This document shows positions 1 through 15,432 of a DNA stretch of 64,000 bases, one piece after another. The position numbers and the translations under genes are program-made. Where the stretch lies: the NCBI GenBank assembly GCA_964016885.1, contig OZ024743.1, positions 67,022,001-67,086,000 on the forward strand. The letters run 5' to 3'. Source of the stretch: Eledone cirrhosa (lineage: Eukaryota). The notes beneath the pieces are model-generated. The model saw only the letters and a program-made list of their open reading frames with translations, did no database searches and was not told the origin of the DNA. How positions within the stretch are numbered: position 1 is the stretch's first letter; the number at the start of each line of letters is the position of its first letter.

Positions 1-286
1 AGAGAGGAAAAAAACTGTCTGTATTGGAGGGGTAGAAACAGAGAGAGAGAGAGAGAGCAGAGGGGTGGGGGATGAGAATTTAAAGTGAGGGAGGACGGTG
101 GTTAATATAATCAGTGGTAGAGGTGGAAGGAGATGGTATGTATAAGATAGAAAAAGAAGAGAAGGAGAGAGGCAAAATAGTTATAAAAGGTAGGATGTAG
201 GTGGAGGAAGGGCGTTGTTTTGATAACTGGTTGCAAAAGTGGGAGGAGATGGTTTATGTAAAATCAAAAGAAAGAGGATGAGAGAG

Positions 287-377
<91 letters not shown>

Positions 378-579
378 GATAGTGAGCGAGTGACAGAGAT
401 AGATCGAGAGGGAGAAGTTATGTAAAATCTGTGACTGATAATCACCACTCCCAATCTTTCTACACACACACACGTACACCCACAATCATACACACAATCG
501 TACCCACACACACACAATCACACACGTACACCAACAATCACATACAATCACACACACAATCACACACACACACACACAT

Positions 580-612
<33 letters not shown>

Positions 613-713
613 GCCATCAAAAGAATCTAATAACTTGATGCGATTATGTTCATATATGGATAGTAATCATCACTACCACATATCTCCACTTCATTTTCTT
701 CTTCTTTTCTTAC

Positions 714-738
714 TCAATGTCTCCGGCTCATCCGCCAT
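714..738 (-). CDS. Possible first coding exon of an unknown host gene (MADEPETL...)
   Basis: Minus strand reads ttcaAG|gctgggtgggaaATGGCGGATGAGCCGGAGACATTGA|GTaaga: canonical AG/GT ends (exon 714-750) and a good Kozak context. No homology recognised. Confidence 0.2.
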
Positions 739-836
739 TTCCCACCCAGCCTTGAAACGACACCCTCTCCACCTCCACCTCCTTGCCAGTTACATCATTC
801 TAATCATCATCATCATCACCATCACCATCATGTTAC

Positions 837-1755
837 GTGTTCATATGGCTGACGTTGTTATATCGTTGTTGTGCAAGTTGGTGTTGTTATGCTTGTTGTT
901 ATTGTTGTTTCGTTGCTGTTGTTGATGATGTCGTTGTTATTGTTGCTGCTGTTGTTATTGCTGCTGCTGTTGTTGTTGTTGTTGTTATTGCTGCTGTTGT
1001 TGTTGTTGTTGTTTTTGCTGTAGGTGTTGTAGTTGTAGCTGTTGTTGTTTTTGTCATTCTGTTGTGGTTGTTGTTGCTATTGTTGTTGTGGTTGTTGTTG
1101 TAGTTGTTATTGTTGTTGCTGTAGTTGTTGCTGTAGGTGTTGTAGTTGTTGTTGCTATTGTTGCTGTAGGTGTTGTTGTTGTTGTTGTTATTGTTGTTGT
1201 TGCTGTAGGTGTTGTGGCAGTTGCCGTGGTATTTGTTTCCGCTGCCGTGGGCTTTTCCTCAGGAATATTACCCATAATTCCTAAACTGAAAGTAGATGAA
1301 GTCTGATAGTTGGACGGCTTGTTTCTGTAAACAGATAATAACCTGTACACACTTATAATGGGAACTAGTGCAAAGTGAATCCCTCTATAATACACACCGC
1401 CACACCACCACATCGCCTACACCACGATACCAACAACAGCCCATCACTAATATCATTGTTGTCGCCGCCACAAGCAGCACCAGCAATAACAACAACAACA
1501 GCATCAGTAAAACCATTTCCACTACCATTTGAAACCCATCACCAACGCTGCTGTCACAAGCACCACCACCACCACCACCACCACCACCACCAAGACAACG
1601 ATGTCGGTGACGACGACCACTACCATAAACCCACAACCACTACCACTCTCAACACCATCACTGCAACTGTCACCGCCACTACCACAACCTAAACCACAAC
1701 AACCACCCACAATATTAACAACTGAACGACCGCTTACATCATTACCTTGGTCACC

Positions 1756-1787
<32 letters not shown>

Positions 1788-1818
1788 ACACACCACCAAC
1801 ACCACCACCACTGCCATC

Positions 1819-1849
<31 letters not shown>

Positions 1850-2088
1850 CAACCACAACCACCCCCACCACCCCCACCACCACCACTACCATTACCAACA
1901 CCGCCACCACCACCAACACCACCACCACCACCAACACCACCACCACCACCAACACTGACAAAAGTACTGCCACCACCACCACCACCGCCACCACCACCAC
2001 CACCACCACCACCACCACCACCACCACCACCACCACCACTACCACCACCACTACCATCACCAACACCGCCACCACCACCCACACCACC

Positions 2089-2120
<32 letters not shown>

Positions 2121-2535
2121 CAAAACTACTGCCACCACACCATCTACCTCACCAAAAACAACAGATTCCCCATCAGCTCAAATCAAACAATCATCATCAT
2201 CATCAATTGCAACAGGAATAATAAAAACAACAATAACAAAACCAATGTCACCACTAAATACACCTAACACCACCAGCACCACCACCGCCACCGCCACCAC
2301 CACCACCAGCAGCAGCACCACCACCACCAGCACCAAAACCACCACCAGCACCACCACCAGCAGCAGCACCACCACCACCAGCACCACAACCGCCACCAGC
2401 ACCACCACCAGCACCAAAACCGCCCCCCCCCCCCACAACTGCCACCAGCACCAGCAGCAGCAGCAACACCACCACCACCCCCACCCCACCACCATCACCA
2501 GCACTACAATCATCACCACATACAACATCATATAG
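837..2535. repeat. Degenerate trinucleotide tracts: (GTT)n at 837-1230, then (CAC/CAA)n at 1400-2535
   Basis: Triplet repeats seen directly; ORFs are poly-V/T/P/H in several frames. Confidence 0.85.
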
Positions 2536-2635
2536 CCCAGAACCTATCAACAAGTATTTATGTTAATACACATCCAACAGCTCCAGCATCATCTCTTGTC
2601 CCCTCCCACCATTCCTCACAGTCTCAACGTAACTA

Positions 2636-4420
2636 CCAACAGCAGCACTACTATCACACCACCAACAGCAACACTACTATCACACCACCAACAGCAACAC
2701 TACTATCACACCACCAACAGCAACACTACTATCACACCAACAGCAGCACTACTATCACACCACCAACAGCAACACTACTATCACACCACCAACAGCAACA
2801 CTACTATCACACCAACAGCAACACTACTATCACACCACCAACAGCAACACTACTATCACACCACCAACAGCAACACTACTATCACACCAACAGCAGCACT
2901 ACTATCACACCACCAACAGCAACACTACTATCACACCACCAACAGCAACACTACTATCACACCACCAACAGCAGCACTACTATCACACCACCAACAGTAA
3001 CACTACTATCACACCACCAACAGCAACACTACTATGACACCACCAACAGCAACACTACTATCACACCAACAGCAACACTACTATCACACCACCAACAGCA
3101 ACACTACTATCACACCAACAGCAGCACTACTATCACACCACCAACAGCAACACTACTATCACACCAACAGCAACACTACTATCACACCACCAACAGCAAC
3201 ACTACTATCACACCAACAGCAGCACTACTATCACACCACCAACAGCAACACTACTATCACACCACCAACAGCAACACTACTATCACACCAACAGCAGCAC
3301 TACTATCACACCACCAACAGCAACACTACTATCACACCACCAACAGCAACACTACTATCACACCACCAACAGCAACACTACTATCACACCACCAACAGCA
3401 ACACTACTATCACACCACCAACAGCAACACTACTATCACACCACCAACAGCAACACTACTATCACACCACCAACAGCAACACTACTATCACACCACCAAC
3501 AGCAACACTACTATCACACCACCAACAGCAACACTACTATCACACCACCAACAGCAACACTACTATCACACCACCAACAGCAGCACTACTATCACACCAC
3601 CAACAGCAGCACTACTATCACACCACCAACAGCAACACTACTATCACACCACCAACAGCAACACTACTATCACACCACCAACAGCAACACTACTATCACA
3701 CCACCAACAGCAACACTACTATCACACCACCAACAGCAGCAGTACTATCACACCACCAACAGCAGCAGTACTATCACACCACCAACAGCAGCACTACTAT
3801 CACACCACCAGAAACTCTACTGACACCACCAACAGCAGCACTACTATCACACCACCAACAGCAACACTACTATCACACCACCAACAGCAACACTACTATC
3901 ACACCACCAACAGCAACACTACTATCACACCACCAACAGCAACACTACTATCACACCACCAACAGCAACACTACTATCACACCACCAACAGCAACACTAC
4001 TATCACACCACCAACAGCAGCACTACTATCACACCACCAACAGCAACACTACTATCACACCACCAACAGCAGCACTACTATCACACCACCAGAAACTCTA
4101 CTGACACCACCAACAGCAGCACTACTATCACACCACCAACAGCAGCACTACTATCACACCACCAACAGCAACACTACTATCACACCACCAACAGCAGCAC
4201 TACTATCACACCACCAGAAACTCTACTGACACCACCAACAGCAACACTACTATCACACCACCAACAGCAGCACTACTATCACACCACCAACAGCAACACT
4301 ACTATGACACCACCAACAGCAGCACTACTATCACACCACCAACAGCAACACTACTATCACACCACCAACAGCAACACTACTATCACACCACCAACAGCAA
4401 CACTACTATCACACCACCAG
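2636..4420 (+). repeat. 26-bp minisatellite (ACACTACTATCACACCACCAACAGCA), roughly 68 units with 23-bp variants
   Basis: Unit visible; the translation cycles through three frames every 26 aa (78 nt). Confidence 0.95.
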
Positions 4421-4582
4421 AAACCGCACTGCCACAACCAGAGATTCACAAATACACCAACTCGACTTAAATCCCACAGGAAACAGGTTCTATACAGAAT
4501 GGTCAGGTCTCTGACAGTGGCAGGTACGTTAATTTGTTAACGACAGCAACTGGTGAATGATGAAATGACAAGTCAGTCAATC

Positions 4583-4720
4583 ATATTGGTGGCCTTCCCA
4601 CAGCCCCGGTGGACAGAATGGAGAAGGCGTTTCCCCGGAGGACTACAAGGGAGACGCGCTGGAAAAGCCATTCCAACTCACGAGGCTCACACCTGCGGTT
4701 GGCCAGCTCAGCGCCTATGG
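4583..4720 (-). mobile_element. 3' end of CRE-like (REL endonuclease) non-LTR retrotransposon
   Basis: Minus translation IGAELANRRCEPRELEWLFQRVSLVVLRGNAFSILSTG resembles the CRE C-terminal FQRxSxxxxRGNA motif. Confidence 0.6.
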
Positions 4721-4744
4721 TGGTGAGTAGGGACCATTGTCACA

Positions 4745-4890
4745 CGTTTAAAGAAATCTCTACCCGAAGCTGTGAGCCTCGTGAACTGGAATGCGTCTCC
4801 CTCACCATCCTCCGGGGAAACACCTTCTCTATTCTGTCCGCCGGGGCTGTGGGCGGCAAGCGCGTGGGCACCCATTTGCTCATAATAATG
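4745..4890 (+). mobile_element. Second, diverged CRE-like 3' fragment, inverted relative to the first
   Basis: KEISTRSCEPRELECVSLTILRGNTFSILSAG; 4771-4852 is an imperfect inverted copy of 4597-4691. Confidence 0.6.
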
Positions 4891-5107
4891 AGAGATGGAG
4901 AAAGCGGGAGAAACGGAGGTAGTGACTATGGGAGTTTGGTTCCATTGTGTTTGGATCTGGCGTATATGTATATATTTATTAATCACACAACATTTATACT
5001 TATAGCTGTTAAGGATTGGGGTCGATATAATAATCACTTAAGTATTAAAATATTTTGAAAAAGGGACTTTACTCCCCATATCTGTTGGCTTCTTTTTTAC
5101 CATTGAC

Positions 5108-5465
5108 GTTGGCATTCCGTCGGTTGCGACGACGAGTGTTCCAACCTACTCGTAAAATTGATGTACAAGTGGTTGAGCATTCCACAGACACGTGTACAGT
5201 TAACGTAGTTCTCATGGAAATTCAGAGGGACACAGAATGTGACATGGCTGGCGCTTCGAATTATAGGTACCACTCGTTTTTGCTAGCTGACTGGATTGGA
5301 GCAACGTGAAATAAAGTGTCTTGCACAAGGATAGAACGCCTCACCGGGAATCGAACTCCTGTCCTTGCAAATTATAACCGACTGGCACGTTAATTTAACA
5401 GGGAGGCTGATCTGTTGATCGTATCGACTGGAACACTCGTCGTTGTTACAGACGGAATGCCACCA
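5108..5465 (-). mobile_element. tRNA-derived SINE (minus) plus an inverted second 3'-tail fragment at 5400-5462
   Basis: B-box GTTCGATTCC on minus near 5347-5357; core ttgtgcaagacactttatttcacgttgctcc; ggcattccgtc..gacgagtgttcca at 5111 is mirrored at 5428-5462. Confidence 0.7.
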
Positions 5466-5625
5466 ATTATGTATATATGGCAATTCACTTCTATGTACCG
5501 GAATATACACTACCAATAAGAGTAGAGGAGCAACTACTGTTGCTGTCACCAATTCAACAATACCCATCTCCGTTGTGGCTATCAAGAGAATTATTTTATT
5601 AATATATTCATATAAGAATGAATAT

Positions 5626-6066
<441 letters not shown>

Positions 6067-6239
6067 CAATATCGAAGAAAGCTTTTCAGCGATACTCCGG
6101 CCAAATTCCAACTCACTCAACAAACATTAGGAAATAAGTGATTATATTCCCAATTATGTGTTCGGGGTGCTAACTAAAAGTATTGCGTGGAAAATTGGCT
6201 GTATTATTTCAAATGAGAGATATCTAACATATCTCTTCC

Positions 6240-6529
6240 CACAAGGCCAGCAATTACCCACTACATTACTCTTACTTTATTTTATCGACCCCGTAATGAT
6301 GAAAGGCAAAGTGAACCTCGGTGGGATTTGAACTCGGACCGTAAAGGGACGTAACTATGCTGGAAAGCATGGCGTTATATATATATATATGATGAGAATG
6401 AATGATGTGGAAGCAATTCTGTCCAGTGCCGTGTGTAATTTATTAACCTGCCATTGAACCACATTGGCATATGGTTGGACAATACATGTGTCCCTAGACG
6501 CTTTTTGCGTGTAGGGATATATACTTTAT

Positions 6530-6587
<58 letters not shown>

Positions 6588-6690
6588 CTGTTTCTACTTT
6601 AGGCACAAGGCCAGCAAATATCCAGTACATTACTGGTACTTTATTTTATCGACCCCGTAAGGATGAAAGGCAAAGTCAACCTCGGCGGGA
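6240..6690 (-). mobile_element. Two partial copies of the ~190-bp octopus-type tRNA SINE (6240-6375, 6587-6690)
   Basis: cacaaggccagcaa..ttttatcgaccccgtaaggatgaaaggcaaag..tttgaactc shared with other copies. Confidence 0.8.
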
Positions 6691-6751
6691 TAACGAACGA
6701 AAATAGTTGTCGAAACGGCTTGAACTCTGCCGTCGGGGTTCTGACTCTTTT

Positions 6752-6904
<153 letters not shown>

Positions 6905-7352
6905 ATACAGTGGTTAGAATTCGCCATGTTGACAGCTGCATCGATAGATAGATAGATAGATTGATCAAAAGATAAGTATCTTGATAGAGAGAAAGGTTCA
7001 GCAGATAGATGGAACACTTATAAAGCTACGTCATATTCACGGATCAGTAACGCATCTGTCTAAGCTAACCTCCCTATTCCATTCAAATAACTGAAGAAAT
7101 AAAGCTGATGACAATGCCATTGTCCCCACTCTTCTCACATCCTTGAGTGATTCCCTAATTTACTGATCTTTTGACCTCTTTCCACCAGTGACTCAATACA
7201 GTTACTGTCAGCCATTGCATCGTTTTCTCATACAGTATTCGGTAGCCATTTTAAAATTAAGACGTTGCATATAAACTTTTACGTAGCCAACGTCTACACT
7301 CACATATATACAGACAATATTTATACACGCACATATATTCGGATATTCATAC

Positions 7353-7424
<72 letters not shown>

Positions 7425-7565
7425 CCACTCCTTGACAAACATTCACAAACACAGCACACAATTTCAGGAATATAAGCGTATACAAATCCAGAAACAAACA
7501 CATATTCGCCCGCAAAATACCGATACATTCACGCAGACACACATATACACACATAGACTTATATA

Positions 7566-7600
<35 letters not shown>

Positions 7601-7605
7601 ATATT

Positions 7606-7643
<38 letters not shown>

Positions 7644-7822
7644 TGCACAATCTTATGCACATATGAATATTCTCATACACAAAACAACATAACCATAAAC
7701 ACATACCCATATACACAGAGAAACATACAGAGACACCAATATCACATATGTATGTGATATTGGTGTTTCATATAGTTTTTCATTTACTATTTCTTTTACT
7801 CCGACGTTCTAGGGATTCCTTT

Positions 7823-8475
7823 AATAATAATTGTTTCTACTATTGGCACAAGGCCAGCAAATACCCAGTGCATTACTGGTACTTCGTTTTATAGACCCCG
7901 TAAGGATGAAAGGCAAAGTTAGCCTCGGCGTGATTAGAACTCAGACCGTAAAGGGGCGTAACTCTATGCTGCAAGGCATGGCGTCCGACCGTCTACCGAT
8001 ACTGCTAATCCACCTCCTTTAATAATAATTGTTTCTACTTTTGGCACAAGGCCAGCAATTAACCAGTGCATTACTGGTACTCTATTTTATCGACCCTGTA
8101 AGGCTGAAAGGCAAAGTTCCCGTCGGCAGAATTTGAACTCAGAATGGCAAGGGCCGTAACTCTATGCATCAAAGCATTGTGCCCAACCCTCTACCGTTAC
8201 TGCCAATCCACCGACCTCCTTTAATAATAATTGTTTCTACTTTTGGCACAAGGCCAGCAATTATCCATGCATTACTGGTACTTTAAATAATAATTGTTTC
8301 TACTTTTGGCACAAGGCCAGCAATTACCCAGTACATTACTGGTACTTTATTTTATCGACCTCTGTATGGATGAAAGGCAAAGTTAACCTCGGCGGTATTT
8401 GAACTCAGATCGTAAAGGGACGTAACTATGCTGGAAAGCATATCCGACCCTCTACCGATACTGCCAATTCACCGA
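7823..8475 (-). mobile_element. Head-to-tail cluster of about 3.5 copies of the ~190-bp tRNA SINE (OK/OR-type, assignment from memory)
   Basis: Repeated aataataattgtttctacttttggcacaaggccagcaa...ctctaccgatactgccaatccacc; A-box (TGGCAGTATCGG) and B-box (GAGTTCAAAT) on minus. Confidence 0.85.
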
Positions 8476-8487
8476 TAATAATAATGA

Positions 8488-8984
8488 CTAGCTGGACCCG
8501 TGAGAAAAATTCACGGATAATCCCCTCTCTCTATATTATAACCGCCTCTCTCTAAATATATTAAAACCTCCCTCTCTCTATATAAAAACCCATCCCTTTC
8601 TCTATATATTAAAACCACCCTCTCAATATATATTATAACCCCCTCTCTATATATTATAACCCCCTTCTCTCTATATATTATAACCCATCCCTTTCTCTAT
8701 ATTATAAACCCCACTCTTTAAATATAGTATAACCTCCTATCTCTATATTATACCCCCCCTCTCTCTAAATATATTATAACCTCCCTCCCTCTCTCTCTCC
8801 TTTCCAAACGTTGCAACGCTCTTTGATTATCTTTCGCCGTAGATTTTCGTAGATTGTTTACCACTCCACTTCCATTGTTTTAGCACGACTCACGGACGTC
8901 ATTCGACTTTTATTGATATTACTGAAAGCGTGACACACACGGTTGGACGTACGGTACGTAGGTATAAGCGTATTAATATATGGA
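8488..8984 (-). mobile_element. Non-autonomous Helitron with internal ~28-30-bp tandem repeats
   Basis: Minus strand: 5'-TC at 8984, 3'-CTAG at 8491-8488, hairpin CCGTGA-7nt-TCACGG (8498-8516) just inside the 3' end, inserted between A and T; internal ctctctctatatattataacc repeats at 8521-8790. Confidence 0.7.
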
Positions 8985-9019
8985 TGCTTATAATGACGAT
9001 GACAACAACAACAACAACA

Positions 9020-9620
9020 ATAATAATGGTTTCTCATTTAGGCACAAGGCTAGCAATTTTGTGGGAGAAGAAAGTCGATTAAATCTACCCCAGTGCGTGA
9101 CTGGTCCTTTATTTTATCGACCCTGTAACGATAAAAGCAAAGCTTACTTCGGCCTGATTTGAAATCAGATCATAAAAGGCCGTAACTTTATGCCACGGAG
9201 CATGTTTTCCGACGAATAACAATAATAGTAATAGTTTCTCATTTACGCACAAGGCCAGCAATTTTGATGACTGGTCCTTTATTTTAATGACTACACTAAG
9301 GATAAAAGGCAAAAGCTACCTCAGCGGGATTTCAACTCAGAACGTAAAGGTCCGCAACTCTATACCAGCAGCAGAGTGTCCGACTCTCTACCGATCCTGC
9401 CAATCCACCGACCTTTATTGGTTTCTGATTTATGTACAAGGTTAACAAAATTATTTTGGGGAGGGGAAAGTCGATTAAATTGACCCCAAATACGTAATTG
9501 GTACCTTATTATTTTTCGCAAAGCTCACTTCGATGAGATTTATACTCAGAATGTAAAGGTCTGTAAATATACGCAACTAAGCAGAGCCTGGAGCCCTAAT
9601 GCCTCGACCAATCCATCAAT
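9020..9620 (-). mobile_element. Three older diverged copies of the same tRNA SINE
   Basis: ggtttctcatttaggcacaaggc..., ttttatcgaccc, aactcagaacgtaaagg motifs repeated. Confidence 0.75.
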
Positions 9621-10036
9621 AATAATAGGAAATACGAAACAAACCTGAATTATGTAAAAAAAAAAAGAAGAAAAATGCATTAGTTGATACTACTACCACC
9701 ACATACAGGATTCCTTAGTAAACAGAAAGATTGACAAAAGTAGGTGTATTTATAGTAACATACAGACCAAAACTGAAACCACAAGCAAAGCGCATTTTAA
9801 AACGTTAAACGTTAAACAGCTTTAAAGCTGATGATGAGGATTTTATCAGTTACAGCATCATTCTCAGTACCGTTTGTTATCCACTGTAAAACGTGGTAAG
9901 TATTATATAACCATCATCATTCAGTTCAAAAGAAGAGATGTTTTCGAAACAGTAATAGATACTATTGTTCCAAACAAAGGAAATATGAAATATATACCAT
10001 AAAGATTTAATTCCAACAAGATGGCTTCTAATCCCC

Positions 10037-10502
<466 letters not shown>

Positions 10503-10762
10503 ATATATATATATATATATATAAATGAGAGGTATAGAGATTGTTTTAGCAAGAAGCTAACGGCATTCTATAACATATATGCGACTATAACGTCAAGATG
10601 GGAAAAGTAGTTAACGAAAGATTTAGGAAAAATAACTCAAACTCATCTCAAAAGAGAATCAGGATATAAATTCATCCACAGAATTTAGTAAAATCCAGGG
10701 AAAATCTATAGACCTTTAACTCATGATATATATATATATATTTATATTTGTATATATATGTA

Positions 10763-10849
<87 letters not shown>

Positions 10850-10967
10850 GTATATTGTATATATATATGTATATATATACATATATATATATTTGTATAT
10901 ATATACATATATATATATATATGTATATTTGTATATATATGTATATATATACATATATATGTATATT

Positions 10968-11026
<59 letters not shown>

Positions 11027-11065
11027 ATATATATTTGTATATATATATATGTATATAAGTTCCTA

Positions 11066-11196
<131 letters not shown>

Positions 11197-11608
11197 ATAT
11201 ATTCATAAATAATTTAGTAGACCACTTCGCAACAACACAGTACCACAGGGCAACGGATAAATATATTTGTAATACTGGGCCAATGACAATCTACGTCAAA
11301 GCTGTTACTACACATTCTTTTCCCATACAATAGTTTATACTTTGATATGCAAATATACAATTGTTCCCAACATTTTTCTTGACTACGCAACCGAAGGTTC
11401 CTAATTTATGGCAACTGTGTTGCCATACGTAGTCTTACTTTTATCAATAACTCTTGTTTATGTATCTTCTCGGCTATTTTTATTCAATAAAATATAAAAA
11501 TAATATTCATACTACGTTTATTTCTAAATTATGAATTATATATTCGTACATAGATAAATAGAGTCAAGTCACAGAGACTCGTAGTAACAGCAGGAAACTT
11601 GTATACAC

Positions 11609-11663
<55 letters not shown>

Positions 11664-11685
11664 AGTATATATATATATATGTATG

Positions 11686-11750
<65 letters not shown>

Positions 11751-11816
11751 TATAATATATATATATATATACATAAGTATACATATATACATATATATGC
11801 GCGCGCATTAACAGAA

Positions 11817-11870
<54 letters not shown>

Positions 11871-12057
11871 TGTAAATATTCTGTTAATGCGTGCGCGCGC
11901 GCGCACACACACACACACACACACAGACACACATACATATATATAACAATCTATCAGTTCAGTCATATGATTATCTTTGTCTACCTGTCCGTTAGTCTCC
12001 TGTCCTTTTCCCTTTCTCTCTGTATATATGTTTATATATATATATATATACATATAC

Positions 12058-12134
<77 letters not shown>

Positions 12135-12439
12135 TATATATATATATTTATGCATATACATGTCGTTTGAGAAAACATTTGACAGTTTGAAGCAGAATAC
12201 ATAAATATATTTTTTAGTGATACAAAATAATCATACATAATAATAACGATAATAAAAACAATAATAATAACGACAACAACAATAGCAATAACAATAATGA
12301 TATAAACTTCAATAAATCAATAACGGTAAGACTAGAAAACTATTTGGTAAACCAATACAAAACTAATACAAGGGAGTAAAAAGTACTTCGATGTAAGCAA
12401 AAGGAAACGTATTAGTGTAATGTAAAAAACTATAAAAAT

Positions 12440-12755
12440 CGTTTATGATTTAGGCATGAAGGCAACAATTTTAAATCGGCCCCAGTTCATTACTAGTACT
12501 TTATTTTATCGACTTCATAAGGATGAAAAGCAAAGTTAACCGCATCTGTAAATAATAACAAAAACATTAGTTGATAATACTACTATCATATACTGGATTC
12601 TTCAGAAAACAAAAAATGTTAACTAAAGATGTATTTATGGTAGAATACAAGGCAAAGTTAACCTCCAGAGGATTTGAACTCAGATCGTAAACGTACGTAA
12701 CCCTCTGCATAAAACGCCGACCGACGCCCTACCGATACTGCCAGTCTACTACCCA
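12440..12755 (-). mobile_element. tRNA SINE interrupted by a ~110-bp insert
   Basis: gcaaagttaacc is duplicated at about 12530 and 12652, flanking an insert related to 9679-9765. Confidence 0.7.
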
Positions 12756-12891
12756 TATAAAAAAAAAACTGATAACAATAAACAACTGTATAAATTATGA
12801 TACAATAAAGTACGAATTGGAAGCTAAGGACACAGAAGAAAATATATATACATCGGAACTAAATATTTAAAAAATTAAATATATATATATA

Positions 12892-13458
12892 TATATTAAG
12901 ACAGAGGGGAAGAAAAAATGGCTTCACTTGTGCTTTCAACAAATTTATTTTCTTCACAAAATCCAAAAAGAATTTTTTCCGGATTAGAAAAAAAAAATTT
13001 TTTCTTAAAAAAATTATTTTATAAATTAAGTTAGGTCTTAGGAGTTCTTGGTTAACGTAGGAGGTATTGTTTCGTTTTTAGAACGACCTTTCACGCTGAG
13101 GTGCGCTTGTCAAACTGATGTCTATGTGGTGTGTTGTTCTATATATAGGGATTTAACATGCCTGTGCTGTGGTGGTTTTTTTTTTTTTTTTTTTCCCCTT
13201 TTAATAAGTGTATGGGTGTAGGTGTGTTGAAAAAGTGTTAATAGCAGTAATGGGTTGAGACGGTGAGTAGGGTTGGGTGGGGAGAAATGTAGCAAGTGCG
13301 GCCTGCCCCGGTCATTCTCGAAAAATTCCTTTATTCAGGGGATTCCTTTGTGTTGAGAATGGTCACAGGCAAATCGCACCTGCCAAGTTTGTAAACAATT
13401 ATTTTTTTCTGAAGAATTTTTCTACGTCCATCCCAAAATTAGTCCTTTGTTCAACACA
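12892..13458 (-). mobile_element. Inverted arm of PLE terminal repeat (mirror of 15433-16001)
   Basis: About 565 bp near-identical inverted repeat; the same peptide MGRNVASAACPG... appears on opposite strands in the ORF track. Confidence 0.9.
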
Positions 13459-13854
13459 CACGTATGTGCGTATATACGTACATACACACACGGGCATATG
13501 TAGGAATATATAGGCACAGACCATCAATCACACACCCATGTACATATACAGCCACATACATACACAAAAACATATAAAGACACATATAAAAACACATATA
13601 CACATACGTACACACGCGAATATGTACTCATACCTCCACATGGGTATATATATATATACATACATACATATACATACATATACACACATAAAGATACATA
13701 ACTAAATATACATATATACCCATACACGCAGACATACACGCACACACACACACACACACACGTGTACACACACACACACACATATACATATGTCCGTATA
13801 TATACCTCCGTTCACACACACATGCATACACACACACACACATACACACATGCA

Positions 13855-13885
<31 letters not shown>

Positions 13886-14039
13886 GCAGATATACATACA
13901 TATATGTACACATAAACACACACAGACACATACACACATATACATACATATACACATATACATATATCTATATATATACACACACATATATATATATATA
14001 TATACACATACATACACATACACATACTAGTACATACAT

Positions 14040-14127
<88 letters not shown>

Positions 14128-14153
14128 ACACACAAGCACAAAAAGGCACATAT

Positions 14154-14192
<39 letters not shown>

Positions 14193-14338
14193 AATATATA
14201 CATACATCTACATACATACATATACACATACAGAAACATACACATATGTACACACATATATACATATATGCACATACATACACACACACACATATATATA
14301 GATACATACATATACATACACACACATATAAACATATA

Positions 14339-14378
<40 letters not shown>

Positions 14379-14669
14379 TATACATACACAAACATACACA
14401 TACATACATATATATATATATACATATATATACACACATACACACACATATATATATATACACGCACACATACAAACATACACACATCCATACATATATA
14501 TACACACACACATACACACACCCACATACATATATACCCACACGTACATACATCCATACATACCTATACACATATATGTGTGTGTCTCACCGTTCACTCA
14601 GATATTCATGTGTACACATAAGAGGGGGAGGGGTAGTGAAATGGAATTTTACCTCCGAGTGTTAATTCA

Positions 14670-15430
14670 TTATTTCGTGTTCAGTAGTGGTTTAAATTTT
14701 TCAATGAAGAATTCTTCTTTATATCTGCGGAAATGTTCGTTATCCGACCATATCTTGAAGAAAGGGAAGATTGTGAATTTTCCCTTCCCGCATGATGCAA
14801 AGTGTGCGCTACATGTGGTATTTCTGACTGTGGGGTCTTTAATTTGTTGTTTATGTACCCGGACTCTATCATGTAATCCCGTTCCGGTTTCCCCAATGTA
14901 ATACTCTTTACACTGTGGACATGTTGCGCAATATATTAAGTTTTTCGTTTTGCAGTTCATGTTTGCATTGACCATGAAATTATCATGGTTTTTGAAGGGG
15001 AACTGTTTGCCCTCTTCGATGAGTTCACAGGTTCCACATCTAGGGTCCCCGCATTTCGTCACTTGCATTGATTCCATGTTGGTCGTAAATTTTGCCTTGG
15101 TAATTAGTTTTTTAAGGTTGGGTGCTTTGCGCCTGCTATAAATTATCTGTGTGTTTTTTAAGAGTGCATTCATTTTGGTAGATTGCTGTAGAATCGGGAG
15201 ATACTGCTTAGCAGTTTTCACAATGTTGATGTTCCCTGGGTTGTGAGTGATGACAAAAGAGATAGCAGGGTTTTCTTTTTTATGTTGTAGGTTTGGTTTT
15301 CTCAGTGTTGTTATTGGGATGTTCTTAGCCTTGGAGATGGCTGCGTTGATGAGTTTCATCGGGTATTCTTGTTTTTTAAGGAATTTTTCAGGTCACATAA
15401 TCTTTTTTCTTGTAGTACGGGGTGTGTTGC
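14670..15430 (-). mobile_element. 5'-truncated Penelope-like element: RT thumb/linker plus GIY-YIG endonuclease (Neptune-like)
   Basis: CGDPRCGTC...CKTKNLIYCATCPQCKEYYIGETG...RVRVH...HF...EEFFIEKFKPLLN. Confidence 0.9.
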
Positions 15431-15432
15431 CA

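Noticed and set aside
1054-2535. Mucin- or extensin-like Thr/Pro proteins
   Set aside because: Triplet repeats are open in many frames and plausible segments switch frame; no splice or domain support
2560-4540. His/Gln/Thr-rich ORFs, or a CRISPR-like array
   Set aside because: A 26-bp tandem unit not divisible by 3, no unique spacers, eukaryotic context
9828-9975. Extended HHR from CTGATGA to GAAAC
   Set aside because: No stem I or stem II closure found
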